This document shows positions 1 through 9,501 of a DNA stretch of 32,000 nucleotides, in pieces. Both the position numbers and the translations under genes were made by a program. Origin of the DNA: Desulfotalea psychrophila LSv54 (GTDB lineage Bacteria > Desulfobacterota > Desulfobulbia > Desulfobulbales > Desulfocapsaceae); assembly GCF_000025945.1 (NCBI RefSeq), contig NC_006138.1, positions 120,001 to 152,000 of the forward strand. Reading direction: 5' to 3'. Below the pieces are notes generated by a model that was not told the DNA's origin, did no database searches, and saw nothing but the letters and a program-made list of their open reading frames with translations. Every line of letters starts with the position of its first letter. Positions within the stretch are counted from its first letter, which is position 1.

Positions 1-1
1 T

Positions 2-154
2 CAGATAAACAAGTTAGAAAGAATTGTTTCTGTAAAAAGCGTAAAGATGACTTCCCCAAAAAAAGAAGATGGAGAAATGCTCTTAACCTCAAACTGCCAA
101 CTGGTAACCTACCAATTCACCAATATTGAGTTACCTAAAAAGCAAAAAAAGTAA
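2..154 (+). CDS. 3' end of a PilO/MshJ-like pilus assembly protein (5' end lies outside the window)
   Basis: Frame 2 is open from the window edge to TAA 152-154 (QINKLERIVSVKSVKMTSPKKEDGEMLLTSNCQLVTYQFTNIELPKKQKK*). It lies directly upstream of a PilP-like gene. The call rests on synteny plus a weak C-terminal resemblance only. Confidence 0.4.
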   Translation, partial: QINKLERIVSVKSVKMTSPKKEDGEMLLTSNCQLVTYQFTNIELPKKQKK

Positions 155-164
155 GCATAACACT

Positions 165-689
165 ATGAGAATACTCTCTTATAAAAAAAAATCACCGAAG
201 GCTAAAGGCATATACTATCTTCTACCCACCGGTATATTATTAGCACAGACATGCCTTGCCAGCATAGCTCCCTCTTCTCTCGAAACGGCAGCAGATTCTT
301 TTTTAAAAGATCAGGCCAGCTTCGAATATCAAATGGAAAACAGGCAGGATCCCTTTCTTCCCTTTATCAAGGAACAACAGGCCAGTACCCAAGCTAACAT
401 GGATGAAATTGTTGACTCGGAAGAGACCTTATTTGGAATGAGGCTGTTTGAGCCGGATCAACTCAAGCTGGTCGCCATCCTGGCAACACCTGAAAAAAAG
501 GTAGCAATGGTTCAGGATCTTATAGGACAGGGATTTACCATAGAGACCGGCACTCTTATTGGCAAACGTGGCGTCGTCAAAGATATCACTGCTAAATCAA
601 TAATTATTGAAGAAACAGCCACAAACAGAGCTGGAAAGAAAAAAATAACTCAAATTATTATGGCATTAAAGTCAGAAGGAGAAGAGTAA
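165..689 (+). CDS. pilP: Type IV pilus assembly lipoprotein PilP (MshK-like)
   Basis: Track ORF 126..689. I chose the ATG at 165, which is 11 nt after the upstream stop; 126 is a TTG inside the upstream gene. The hydrophobic N-terminus ends in LLAQTC (lipobox-like). An RQDPFLPF motif and a C-terminal beta domain (LKLVAIL..KKVAMVQD..FTIETGTLIGKRGVVKDITAKSIIIEE) are typical of PilP. Confidence 0.75.
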   Translation: MRILSYKKKSPKAKGIYYLLPTGILLAQTCLASIAPSSLETAADSFLKDQASFEYQMENRQDPFLPFIKEQQASTQANMDEIVDSEETLFGMRLFEPDQLKLVAILATPEKKVAMVQDLIGQGFTIETGTLIGKRGVVKDITAKSIIIEETATNRAGKKKITQIIMALKSEGEE

Positions 690-692
690 GCA

Positions 693-2519
693 ATGTACAA
701 AAAACATAACACACGACATATCTTTGTGTTCTTTTGCGTCCTGTTTGCCCTGACAGCAGCCAATTCCCTCTTTGCTGCCACTGCAACAGACTTCAGCATC
801 GACCAGGCTGATGCCAGCATCGACCATGAAACACTATCGCTTCTCCTCATGGGCAAGAGCACCCCGGTCTACACAGTTACAGAGAGATTTTCTCCCTTTC
901 GAGTTGTTATCGATATCGCCAATGCCACCTTCAGTGGAGATATTACTCCAGATAAAATTCTTCCAAAAAATAAATTTGTTACGCTCAAGGTGACTGACCA
1001 TAGGGCAGGTAACACAGCAGCAACCCGCTTGGAATTCACTCTAGATAACAGCCACAACTACCGGGTCATAAATCGTCCCAACGGTTTAAAAATTACCTTT
1101 GCCCCCATAAAAAACGAGCTGGCAAAAGAACTGACCAGAATAACTGCATTTCAAGTCATAACAGCAAGCAAAACGACAACTATCAAGATCGTCGCCAATA
1201 ACAAAATCACAGATTACCAGGTAGACACCCTGAAAAAGTCAGCAGGAAAACCACCAAGAATGTATATCGATATTAACGAGGTGGATATCAGCCAACTTAT
1301 ACGGACAAAAGAGATAGGCACCTCCGTTGCGACAGTTCAGGCCGTACCCAGAGGCAATGGGGTACGAATTATTTTTGATTCTTCCTCCGAAACACTTTTT
1401 CACTACAGCATCCAATCAAGCCTCGAAGGGCTCAATGTAATTATTAATGAAAACAGCCAACCCCACCAGCAGTCAACGGATAACACCCTTAAAAGTCTCA
1501 TAGATTCTTCAGAAAGACTTGCCAACAGTGCAGGCGTATCCCTACAAAATGGCAAAAGCCCAACAAAACCCAATAAGCTCCAATCTGTATTTGCAGGCTA
1601 CGACCGCGAACGTATCAGCGTTGATTTTTTTAAGATCGACCTGCACAATGTATTCAGACTCCTCAGAGAGGTTTCCGGGCAAAATATTATTGTTGATGAG
1701 AGTGTCACCGGCTCCCTCACCCTGGCGCTTAAAGATGTACCCTGGGACTTTGCCCTTGATATTATACTCAATCTCAAAGATCTTGAAAAAGAAGAACGAT
1801 TTAACACCATTGTGATCTATGCCAAAAATAAGGCCTTTGTCTGGCCAAATCAATCTGTTGGCAGCCTCACCATCGAAGAGTCGCCCGAGATCATTGCCCA
1901 CGAAGAGTTAATCATCGAGCAGGCTGCCCAACAGCCTAAAGAAATTCTTCAAGCCAAGGAATTTTTAGCCCAGGCGCGCAAGGCTGAGAAAAAGGAACAA
2001 TTTGAAATAGCGGTAGAACTCTATAATCAGGCCCTGAATCTCTGGCCGGAAAACACACAAATAGCCAGCAGAATTGCCACAATATACCTTGTTGATCTTG
2101 GCATGAATGCCAAGGCTCTCTACTACGCCCAAAAGGCACTGGCAATCAATGCAAGCGACAGCAGAGCCGCTCTCTATGCTGCCATCAGCTCGGCCAATAT
2201 GGGTCGCGTAACTCAGGCTTCTGAATTTTTCAGGCAAAGCATCAGTGGCACCCCCCCAGCACAAGAGGCTCTGGCCAGCTTTGCCGCATTCAGCGAAAAC
2301 AACAACAACAACAGAGCAGCCCTTATTCTCCTCAAAAAACTCCAAGAAGAATACGGCGAGACCCTCGATAACATGATTGCCATTGGCCGAATTTATGACA
2401 AGCAAGGTCAGTACCAAAAGGCAAACAAACAGTATAATGCCATATTAAACTCTGGCTTTCAGTTGCGACCATCACTCAAAAAATATATTACAGAAAGATT
2501 ACAGGCACAACTCAACTAG
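693..2519 (+). CDS. Secreted AMIN-AMIN-N0-TPR protein (PilQ N-terminal-like modules fused to TPR repeats, no secretin pore domain)
   Basis: The ATG is 4 nt after the pilP stop, with an AGGAGAAG RBS. There is a signal peptide (FVFFCVLFALTAANSLFA/ATA). Two AMIN-like modules are present (FRVVIDIANATF..LKITF and PRMYIDINEVDI..VRIIFD..LNVII). A PilQ-type N0 module follows (ISVDFFKIDLHNVFRLLREVSGQNIIVDESVTGSLTLALKDVPWDFALDIILNLKDL). The C-terminal ~190 aa are TPR-like repeats (AVELYNQALNLWPEN, ALYYAQKALAINASD, IGRIYDKQGQYQKANKQYNAIL). Confidence 0.8.
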   Translation: MYKKHNTRHIFVFFCVLFALTAANSLFAATATDFSIDQADASIDHETLSLLLMGKSTPVYTVTERFSPFRVVIDIANATFSGDITPDKILPKNKFVTLKVTDHRAGNTAATRLEFTLDNSHNYRVINRPNGLKITFAPIKNELAKELTRITAFQVITASKTTTIKIVANNKITDYQVDTLKKSAGKPPRMYIDINEVDISQLIRTKEIGTSVATVQAVPRGNGVRIIFDSSSETLFHYSIQSSLEGLNVIINENSQPHQQSTDNTLKSLIDSSERLANSAGVSLQNGKSPTKPNKLQSVFAGYDRERISVDFFKIDLHNVFRLLREVSGQNIIVDESVTGSLTLALKDVPWDFALDIILNLKDLEKEERFNTIVIYAKNKAFVWPNQSVGSLTIEESPEIIAHEELIIEQAAQQPKEILQAKEFLAQARKAEKKEQFEIAVELYNQALNLWPENTQIASRIATIYLVDLGMNAKALYYAQKALAINASDSRAALYAAISSANMGRVTQASEFFRQSISGTPPAQEALASFAAFSENNNNNRAALILLKKLQEEYGETLDNMIAIGRIYDKQGQYQKANKQYNAILNSGFQLRPSLKKYITERLQAQLN

Positions 2520-2571
2520 CATCTTATGAGTCATAACTTTCAACATAAACTTTGCATTCCAAGAGGTTTTT

Positions 2572-4251
2572 ATGAAGTCTATAAAAAATATTTTTCTCTC
2601 CGGTAGCCTCTTGCTACTTATCTTAACAGTCTCTGCCTGTGGCGTCAGCAAGCCTGTTCAGCCCACAACTGGAGAGAAATCTCAGCAGGCTATTGAGACG
2701 GCAGATATTAGCCCGACACCGACGAAGATAATCCCCTCAAGACCGAAACCACTACCGGTGCAGTATCAAACACCCCGGTATAAAGTTGACCAGGAAGAGT
2801 TCGGCAAAGAATTTTCAGAAGAGGCCACCTCGGTGAAGGTTGGTGCCACCATCCGTTCAAGCCGTGGCCCTCAACCCCTTGCCGATATCATCAAGCGCCT
2901 GGCAAGCCTGAAAGATATGAATGTTTCCTGGGCAAGTGATGTCAACCGTGATGTCCTCGTCGATGTAGATATCCAGGCAGGCGACGATTTTTATGAGTCC
3001 CTTGATAACCTGTTGCGCCAGGTAGATTACTTCCATGAAATACAAAATAATACTATCATTGTCCGCTATAAGGAGACCCGTCAGTTTCATGTTGCCATGC
3101 CATTTATCAAAAGTGCCTACAATACCGCAACGGGTGGGAATATGCTGGGCAACAACGAGGAGTCAGAGAATATCAATGGTACCGTGGAAATAAGAAGTGA
3201 GGATAATGCCTTTGATATCTGGGATAATATCCAGGGCAACATGGATGCCATCCTCCAGACCTGGAGGACCAATACCATTGCAGGGGCGACTGCCGACGAT
3301 CTGGCAGATCCTGACGCTAACCCTGAGGCAGAAGAGCAGAGTCCCACGGCAACCAGAAGGTACGCTGCAGGTGGGGCCATGTATATCATTGATAAACCCA
3401 TCGGTCTCATCACGGTTTCAGCACCTCGAAATGTCCTGGACAGACTTGATGCCTATTTTTTCAGCCTTAAGAAAGAGCTCTATAAACAGATCGCCATCGA
3501 TGCCAAAATCATTGAGGTTACCCTCAGCGACGCCTCAAGTATCGGTATTGACTGGTCAAATGTCCTAGGAGGAGATGGGTTTAAATTGGGAGGAAAAGTT
3601 AATTATGGCGATGCGACAGACGCTATCTTTCACAATGGTTCAGGCTTCCTTGACACCATCACATTAGAGTCCACCGATTTTCATGTGTTAATAAAAGCCC
3701 TGAACGAACAGGGCGACACCAAGGTGCTCTCCAACCCCAAACTCAGCGTCATGAACGGCCAGCCAGCCCTGATCTCCGTGGGCAGAAGCATCACCTATAT
3801 CAGCGAGATTGAAGCCGATAGAGATACAAGTAGCATCGGCACCAGCACCATCACCTATACTACAGAAACCGACAGCCTCCTCTCAGGTCTGGGTCTTGGT
3901 ATCACGGCCACCGTCCTCGATGACAGTGAGATCATCATGAACCTGGTCCCCGTCACCTCGGAACTTGTTCCCTTCAAAGACGGAGAGGAAATAGAATATA
4001 GACAGGTAGGCGATGATGGTGCCTCCGTGGGCCTTCCCGTACTCAATGTCCGAGAGATGAGCACCACGGTACGAGTCAAGGATGGTGAGACCCTGATCAT
4101 AGGCGGACTTATCTCCGAGTCGAATAGCACTACAGGTTCTTCGGTACCCATCCTCGGCAGCATCCCCGGACTCAAATACCTTTTTGGCTATGAGGGAAAA
4201 TCAAAACAGAAAAAGGAGCTGGTTATTCTTATCCAGCCACGAATTATATAG
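2572..4251 (+). CDS. Lipoprotein secretin (GspD/PilQ superfamily, MshL-like architecture)
   Basis: The lipobox is LLILTVSAC/G. An N-domain is present (IAIDAKIIEVTLSDASSIGIDWS). The C-terminal secretin domain is clear (GDTKVLSNPKLSVMNGQPALISVG, LNVREMSTTVRVKDGETLIIGGL, VPILGSIPGLKYLF, ELVILIQPRII). It has no AMIN domains. Its 559 aa and lipidated N-terminus resemble MshL-type secretins. Confidence 0.9.
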   Translation: MKSIKNIFLSGSLLLLILTVSACGVSKPVQPTTGEKSQQAIETADISPTPTKIIPSRPKPLPVQYQTPRYKVDQEEFGKEFSEEATSVKVGATIRSSRGPQPLADIIKRLASLKDMNVSWASDVNRDVLVDVDIQAGDDFYESLDNLLRQVDYFHEIQNNTIIVRYKETRQFHVAMPFIKSAYNTATGGNMLGNNEESENINGTVEIRSEDNAFDIWDNIQGNMDAILQTWRTNTIAGATADDLADPDANPEAEEQSPTATRRYAAGGAMYIIDKPIGLITVSAPRNVLDRLDAYFFSLKKELYKQIAIDAKIIEVTLSDASSIGIDWSNVLGGDGFKLGGKVNYGDATDAIFHNGSGFLDTITLESTDFHVLIKALNEQGDTKVLSNPKLSVMNGQPALISVGRSITYISEIEADRDTSSIGTSTITYTTETDSLLSGLGLGITATVLDDSEIIMNLVPVTSELVPFKDGEEIEYRQVGDDGASVGLPVLNVREMSTTVRVKDGETLIIGGLISESNSTTGSSVPILGSIPGLKYLFGYEGKSKQKKELVILIQPRII

Positions 4252-4301
4252 GGCATTAACAAGGTCAGCCATTTCATTAATTATAAATAGGGGAATATCT
4301 C

Positions 4302-5141
4302 ATGTTAACTAGGTTGCAACTTCTTTGCATCGGTTTTGCTATGCTACTGGTAACGGGCTGCGGTCAAACCGTAACAGAAAAAGTCAGCCTCACCCCAACA
4401 GCTCCTTATAATGCAGTTGGTAAAGGAAAGACCGTCGTCATCCTGCCCTTTGCAGACTATGCTGACAGTAGTGTTGACTCCGCCAGAAGAAGAGACATCG
4501 CAGTAACCGAGGCCATCACCGATATGTTGGTGCTCAATGGATTTGCCCTGCCCGTACAGGATGACGTACTCTCCTATCTGCAAAAGAGAGGGATTATTAC
4601 CTCTGTCCAGCAACAAGCCTCCCTGCAGAGAGAGATCGACACAGATACCTGGTCACAACAGATGGAAGACATCTTCCGTGCTGAAATTTCACAACAGAAC
4701 AAGATGAACCGCAAAACCTCAGGACTTGACCCCAAAGCAATTGCCAGGATCGGCAAAACCTTTGGCGCAGACTATATTATGCGTGGCCGGATCATCGAAT
4801 ACAAAAAACGCGCCGATGCCTCATGGGCGCCCTGGAAAAGAGGCCTTTTGCCATTCTTTGGTGAAGGTGCCAGCAGAATACTCTTGGGTTTTGCAGACTC
4901 CGATTCCTACGACGGCCAGAGCGCATTTGCTGAAGGCACACGGGTAGATGGCATGGTGGAACTTCGCATCTGGGTACAAGAGGCGGTGACAGGCGATGTG
5001 GTATGGACCAATCATACCAATATCGAAACTGGGCGAAGATCTTTCTTCGCTGACCCACAGCACGATGCCCTATTCAGCAAGGCAGTACAGCGTAATGCCT
5101 GCCTCCTGATACATGATTTCGCCAGAAACGGCATTCAATAA
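4302..5141 (+). CDS. Outer-membrane-type lipoprotein with an LpoB/CsgG/FlgO-like (TolB-N-like) signature
   Basis: The lipobox is MLLVTGC/G. Motifs GKTVVILPFADYADSS ... GADYIMRGRIIEYKK ... VELRIWVQEAVTGDVVW match the V-x-V-L-P-F ... GADYVL-G-x-I pattern of that lipoprotein fold. It is the last gene of the pilus/secretin run. Confidence 0.65.
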   Translation: MLTRLQLLCIGFAMLLVTGCGQTVTEKVSLTPTAPYNAVGKGKTVVILPFADYADSSVDSARRRDIAVTEAITDMLVLNGFALPVQDDVLSYLQKRGIITSVQQQASLQREIDTDTWSQQMEDIFRAEISQQNKMNRKTSGLDPKAIARIGKTFGADYIMRGRIIEYKKRADASWAPWKRGLLPFFGEGASRILLGFADSDSYDGQSAFAEGTRVDGMVELRIWVQEAVTGDVVWTNHTNIETGRRSFFADPQHDALFSKAVQRNACLLIHDFARNGIQ

Positions 5142-5170
5142 TCTCTCATTTCTTGAACAAAAAAAGATAA

Positions 5171-5208
5171 AAAAAAGGCCCTCTCGAAAACGAGAGGGCC
5201 TTTTTTTT
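5171..5208. terminator. Bidirectional rho-independent terminator between convergent genes
   Basis: A perfect 10-bp stem GGCCCTCTCG (5177-5186) / CGAGAGGGCC (5191-5200) has an AAAA loop. It is flanked by an A-run upstream and T8 downstream (5201-5208). Confidence 0.8.
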
Positions 5209-5224
5209 ACCACCTTACTCACTG

Positions 5225-5695
5225 CTAGTTTGCTGTCTGCTCCTGCTCCTGCTTCTTGGCACCCTGAAAGAGGGCCATGAAGTTTACTGGCTCCATCAAA
5301 AATGGGGCAAAACCACCGTCTACAGAAACCTGGCTGGCAATTTGTCTGGTAAATGGAAAGAGAAGGGTCGGGCAATCCACGGCAAGAACCATGGCCAAAT
5401 GCTCTTCCGGAATATTTCTCACCCAGAAAATTGCCGCATGCTCAAGTTCAAGGATAAAAAGGGTCTTGGCACCATCGTCGGCAGTTACCTTGGCGTTAAT
5501 CTCAAGGCTTACTTCCCAATGATCATCATCAACCTTCTTATTATTGAGCTGAAGATTAAGTTCTACCTTAGGCTCTGACCCGCCATCCAAAAATACCGCA
5601 GGTGCGCTTGGGCTTTCAAAACTGAGATCTTTGGTATACATCTTCTGCATACGGAACTCTGGGTGCGCAGCTTGCTTCTCATTGGTCTCTGCCAT
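5225..5695 (-). CDS. secB: Protein-export chaperone SecB
   Basis: The 156-aa product carries the SecB pattern (KMYTKDLSFESP.AP..F, LNLQLN, FILELEHAAIFWVRNIPEE, CPTLLFPFTRQIASQVSVDGGFAPFLMEPVNFMALF) and an acidic tail. Confidence 0.95.
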   Translation of the reverse strand: MAETNEKQAAHPEFRMQKMYTKDLSFESPSAPAVFLDGGSEPKVELNLQLNNKKVDDDHWEVSLEINAKVTADDGAKTLFILELEHAAIFWVRNIPEEHLAMVLAVDCPTLLFPFTRQIASQVSVDGGFAPFLMEPVNFMALFQGAKKQEQEQTAN

Positions 5696-5717
5696 TGGAC
5701 AATCCTCTTATAAAAAA

Positions 5718-5746
5718 TTTATATTAAACTACAAAATCACCTGCAA
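5718..5746 (-). promoter_or_regulatory. Candidate sigma70 promoter for secB
   Basis: On the minus strand, TTGCAG (5746-5741), a 17-nt spacer, then TATAAA (5723-5718). An AAGAGGA RBS lies just before the ATG at 5695. This is pattern matching only. Confidence 0.3.
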
Positions 5747-5825
5747 AAAATAGCCTCTCATATAAACGCACTTTTCCTGGACAAGCAAGCCTTTCTCATA
5801 CATTTTTAGGGGATAAGAGGCAAAA

Positions 5826-8657
5826 TCAGAGGACATGACGGAGAAATCTGCCAGTGTGGGAGGCAGCAACCGTGCACACATCCTCCGGCCTTCCCTGAGC
5901 AATAATCTCTCCGCCACCATCACCACCCTCCGGACCGACATCAATAAGCCAATCTGCGGTTTTCACCACATCCAGGTTATGCTCTATCACAACCACCGTA
6001 TTTCCTGCCTCTACCAATCTATTCAAAACATGGAGCAGATGCTGAATATCTGCCGGATGAAGACCTGTGGTCGGCTCATCGAGAATATAAAGGGCTTTGC
6101 CCGTGGATCGTCCCGACAGTTCACGGGAGAGTTTCACTCGCTGGGCCTCTCCACCGGAGAGAGTCACAGAAGATTGCCCCAGGGAAATATAGGAGAGGCC
6201 CACATCAAAGAGGGTCTGTAAACGTCTTTTAATAAGGGGCACATTTTGAAAGAACTCCAGAGCCTCCTCCACCTTCATGGCAAGCACCTCATGGATATTT
6301 TTGCCACGGTACTCTATCTCAAGGGTTTCACTATTATAACGACGGCCCTTACATGTTTCACAGACTACATAGACATCGGGCAGGAAGTGCATGGAGATTC
6401 GATTTACCCCCTCACCATCACAGGCCTCGCAACGACCACCCTTGATATTAAAACTAAAACGCCCAGGCTTATAGCCACGGGCCCGGGCCTCTGGCAAAGA
6501 GGCAAAAAGCTCCCGAATAGGGGTAAAGACACCGGTATAGGTTGCAGGATTAGATCGTGGCGTTCGGCCGATGGGGCTCTGATCAATATCAACAATTTTA
6601 TCTATCAGATCCAGGCCGCTCACCTCTGTCCCTCCCTGCTGAAAGCTCGCCATCCTCTTCACCAGACCCGCATGGGCATAGCGATAAAGAGTCTCCATCA
6701 CCAGTGAACTCTTGCCGGATCCTGAAACACCGGTAACACAGGTCATCACCCCAAGAGGAAAGGAGACATTCACCTTCTTCAGATTATTCTCAATGCCATT
6801 TTTCACCCTGAGATTCCTCTTCTTGGCCTTAGAGACAGGTCGGCGTTTAGCCGGTACGGCAATCTCTTTACGCCCGGAGAGATAGGCCCCGGTAATGGAT
6901 TTTTCATCCTCCAGCAGGCCTTGAACGGAACCATTATAGACAACCTCACCACCATGCACTCCGGCACCGAGCCCCATATCCAACACATGGTCGGCAGCCA
7001 AAATAGTCTCGGTATCATGCTCCACCACCAAGACGCTATTACCCAGATCACGTAGCTCCACCAGGGTCTTGATAAGCTTCTCATTATCCCTCTGGTGCAG
7101 ACCGATACTTGGTTCATCAAGAATATAGAGCACCCCGGCAAGACGGGAACCTATCTGCGATGCCAGACGAATACGCTGCGCCTCTCCACCGGAGAGGGTT
7201 CCAGCACGCCGGGACAGGGAGAGATAGCCCAGACCAACATCGGCCAAGAAGGAGAGTCTATCGGCAATTTCCTTCAAAATAGGACCACCGATCTTCTCTT
7301 CCCGTTCGGTGAATGAGACTTGGGCCAACTCCCGGCGTAGCTGCTCAATGGAAAAGCCGACAAGATCGTATATCGACCAGGGCCCCACCTTAACGGCCAA
7401 GGCCGTAGGCTTCAGGCGTGCGCCCCCACAGGTCGGGCAGACCTGTTCGTTCATATACTTACCGAGCTCTTCCCGGATCATGGGAGACTGGGTCTCATGG
7501 AAACGACGATTCAGCTGGGGAATAATCCCCTCAAAGGGCTTTTCCGAGGTCATCTTCCTTCGGCCCTTCTGGTAATGAAAGATAATCTCCTCAGCGCCCG
7601 AGCCATGGAGCAGTATCTCCTGAATTCGAACGGGTAGACCCTCAAAGGGCGTCGTCAAAGAGAAATGATAATGCCTGGCCAGAGAGGTGAGAATATGGCC
7701 CGTATAGGACATCTCCTCACGCCAGGCCCAAGGAGCAAGTGTCCCCTCGACGATGCTCTTGGCAGGATCAGGGACCACCAGAGCAGGGTCAAAGAACTGC
7801 TTCACCCCAAGTCCACCGCAATCGGAACAGGCACCCAAGGGATTATTAAAGGAAAAGAGCTGAGTAGAAAGAGGCGGCATAGAAATACCGCAGTGATGAC
7901 AGGCGGCATGCTCGCTAAAAAGCTCAAGGGAGTTATCCTCAGGATAGAGGACTGCCAAAAAACCCTCGGTAAGCCTCACTGCGGTGCTGATAGAATCAGA
8001 CAGTCGCCTGCCAACGCCCTCTTTCAGCACTATTCTATCCACCACCACCTCGATGGAGTGCTTATGATTTTTATCCAGCTCAAGGTCCTCATCGGCATGA
8101 ACAATATCGCCATCAACCCGGATACGGACAAAGCCCTCCTTGCGTATCTGGGCCAAAAGCTTTTCATGTCGTCCCTTACGCTCTGTTACCAGAGGAGCAA
8201 GCAAAACGACCTTGGTGCCCGCAGGCTTTGCCAATAATATATTAACCATATCCTCTATGGACTGGGACTGGATCTCTTCTCCACACTGGTGACAGTGAGG
8301 ACGACCACAACGGGCAAAGAGCAGACGCAGATGATCATAGATCTCCGTTACCGTCCCTACGGTCGAACGAGGATTATTGTTGGTTGTCTTCTGCTCAATG
8401 GAAACGGCTGGCGATAAGCCCTCAAGAGAATCAACGTCGGGTTTATCCATCTGCCCTAGAAACTGACGGGCATAGGTGGAGAGAGACTCAACATAACGAC
8501 GCTGCCCCTCCGCATAGAGGGTATCAAAGGCGAGGCTTGATTTACCGGAACCAGAAAGACCAGTAAATACAACGAATTTATTACGCGGAATATCAACATC
8601 TACATTCTTCAAATTATGCATCCGCGCACCCCGAATGCTTAATATTTGCGGTTCCAT
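5826..8657 (-). CDS. uvrA: Excinuclease ABC subunit A
   Basis: The 943-aa product has two ABC ATPase modules ([26 protein letters not shown] twice). It also has CxxC zinc modules ([45 protein letters not shown]). Confidence 0.98.
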   Translation of the reverse strand: MEPQILSIRGARMHNLKNVDVDIPRNKFVVFTGLSGSGKSSLAFDTLYAEGQRRYVESLSTYARQFLGQMDKPDVDSLEGLSPAVSIEQKTTNNNPRSTVGTVTEIYDHLRLLFARCGRPHCHQCGEEIQSQSIEDMVNILLAKPAGTKVVLLAPLVTERKGRHEKLLAQIRKEGFVRIRVDGDIVHADEDLELDKNHKHSIEVVVDRIVLKEGVGRRLSDSISTAVRLTEGFLAVLYPEDNSLELFSEHAACHHCGISMPPLSTQLFSFNNPLGACSDCGGLGVKQFFDPALVVPDPAKSIVEGTLAPWAWREEMSYTGHILTSLARHYHFSLTTPFEGLPVRIQEILLHGSGAEEIIFHYQKGRRKMTSEKPFEGIIPQLNRRFHETQSPMIREELGKYMNEQVCPTCGGARLKPTALAVKVGPWSIYDLVGFSIEQLRRELAQVSFTEREEKIGGPILKEIADRLSFLADVGLGYLSLSRRAGTLSGGEAQRIRLASQIGSRLAGVLYILDEPSIGLHQRDNEKLIKTLVELRDLGNSVLVVEHDTETILAADHVLDMGLGAGVHGGEVVYNGSVQGLLEDEKSITGAYLSGRKEIAVPAKRRPVSKAKKRNLRVKNGIENNLKKVNVSFPLGVMTCVTGVSGSGKSSLVMETLYRYAHAGLVKRMASFQQGGTEVSGLDLIDKIVDIDQSPIGRTPRSNPATYTGVFTPIRELFASLPEARARGYKPGRFSFNIKGGRCEACDGEGVNRISMHFLPDVYVVCETCKGRRYNSETLEIEYRGKNIHEVLAMKVEEALEFFQNVPLIKRRLQTLFDVGLSYISLGQSSVTLSGGEAQRVKLSRELSGRSTGKALYILDEPTTGLHPADIQHLLHVLNRLVEAGNTVVVIEHNLDVVKTADWLIDVGPEGGDGGGEIIAQGRPEDVCTVAASHTGRFLRHVL

Positions 8658-8694
8658 ATAAGCCCTCTACTCCTGCTACTGACAGTAGTATCTT

Positions 8695-9147
8695 TCATAT
8701 CTTTTTACAGACGACAGCCCTGAAGAGTAACACCTCCCCTGAACCCCTGATGATCAACCCTTTAATACATCTATCCATCACCACAACCAGCCCAGCCTGT
8801 CTAGCCTCTGCAGCGGCCACCTCATGACGTATCCCCTCTTGCATCCAGACAGCACGGGCGCCAAGGGCTATGGCCCCCTGAACAATCGGCGGCACCGCCT
8901 CTGCTCGACGAAAGATATTAACGATATCTATTTTGTCAGGAATCTCCAACAGGGAGGCATAACACCTCCTCCCCAGGATTTCTGTTTGCCCAGGATTAAC
9001 GGGAATAACGGTAAATCCCTCGCCTATGAGATAGCGGGCAACCATATTACTTGGTCGCTGCTCCTTGGGCGAAAGACCTACCATGGCAATAGTTCTGGCT
9101 GTTTTTAATAACTCTTTGCGTATGGCTACTGTTGTATCAATAAGCAT
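8695..9147 (-). CDS. CoA-binding domain protein (YccU/YneT-like)
   Basis: Motifs IAMVGLSPKEQRPSNMVARYL, GFTVIPVNP, YASLLEIPDKIDIVNIFRR and ARAVWMQEG match small CoA-binding proteins. It appears to be the first gene of a minus-strand run with uvrA and secB. Confidence 0.85.
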   Translation of the reverse strand: MLIDTTVAIRKELLKTARTIAMVGLSPKEQRPSNMVARYLIGEGFTVIPVNPGQTEILGRRCYASLLEIPDKIDIVNIFRRAEAVPPIVQGAIALGARAVWMQEGIRHEVAAAEARQAGLVVVMDRCIKGLIIRGSGEVLLFRAVVCKKI

Positions 9148-9203
9148 TGTATCCTCAAGTGGTTAGAGTTTTAAGTTACCATAGGGACCAATAACAAGCT
9201 TAG

Positions 9204-9232
9204 ATAATGAGAACTATTCCCACCTTTGTCAA
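9204..9232 (-). promoter_or_regulatory. Candidate sigma70 promoter for the CoA-binding/uvrA transcription unit
   Basis: On the minus strand, TTGACA (9232-9227), a 17-nt spacer, then CATTAT (9209-9204), about 55 nt upstream of the ATG at 9147. Confidence 0.35.
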
Positions 9233-9388
9233 GTGTCACCTCCACCCAGACACAGACATGGAGACGTTTCACGGCAGGGCAAATTGTTGCAATTTGGGCT
9301 AGAAGAGATTCTTTTCCCAGGCTTAAAAACAATAGAATAAATTTCTATTTCTCTTTGTCCCTTATCGTATTTTCTCGCCTTGTTGTTC

Positions 9389-9417
9389 TTGCGTCACTAT
9401 GCCGAAAGTTATATACT
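9389..9417 (+). promoter_or_regulatory. Candidate sigma70 promoter for glyQ
   Basis: TTGCGT (9389-9394), a 17-nt spacer, then TATACT (9412-9417), preceded by an AT-rich UP-like tract. The predicted leader of about 78 nt contains a hairpin TTGAGTTC...GAACTCAA just before the RBS. Confidence 0.4.
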
Positions 9418-9501
9418 AGCGAATTTGAAATATTGTTATCAGGAAACCCAACTTTGAGTTCTTAAGCAGGGAACTCAAGCATAAAATACAGAGGCATAAA
9501 A

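Noticed and set aside
126-164. The track start (TTG 126) for pilP.
   Set aside because: It lies inside the upstream PilO-like frame, which stops at 152-154. The ATG at 165 gives a normal signal-peptide N-terminus.
687-695. pilP and the AMIN-TPR gene are in the same frame, which raised the possibility of read-through.
   Set aside because: The stop is TAA, not TGA. It is followed by a proper RBS/ATG and a fresh signal peptide, so these are two ordinary genes.
5835-8566. Multiple 60-190-aa plus-strand ORFs inside the uvrA region. Similar short antisense or off-frame ORFs occur inside the PreP-like, lon, rsmB and secretin genes.
   Set aside because: All are nested in or antisense to genes with unambiguous family signatures, and all show no coding-like sequence features.
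9226-9465. A 79-aa TTG-start ORF in the 354-nt spacer upstream of glyQ.
   Set aside because: It has no RBS and an implausible composition. It also spans the predicted glyQ promoter (9389-9417) and the AT-rich UP-like region. The spacer is better explained by two divergent promoters.
9148-9501. A possible T-box or other riboswitch leader for glyQ.
   Set aside because: I could not find the conserved T-box sequence (AATTAGGGTGGTACCGCG-like) or a specifier/antiterminator arrangement. The only structure is a short hairpin (TTGAGTTC/GAACTCAA) before the RBS.
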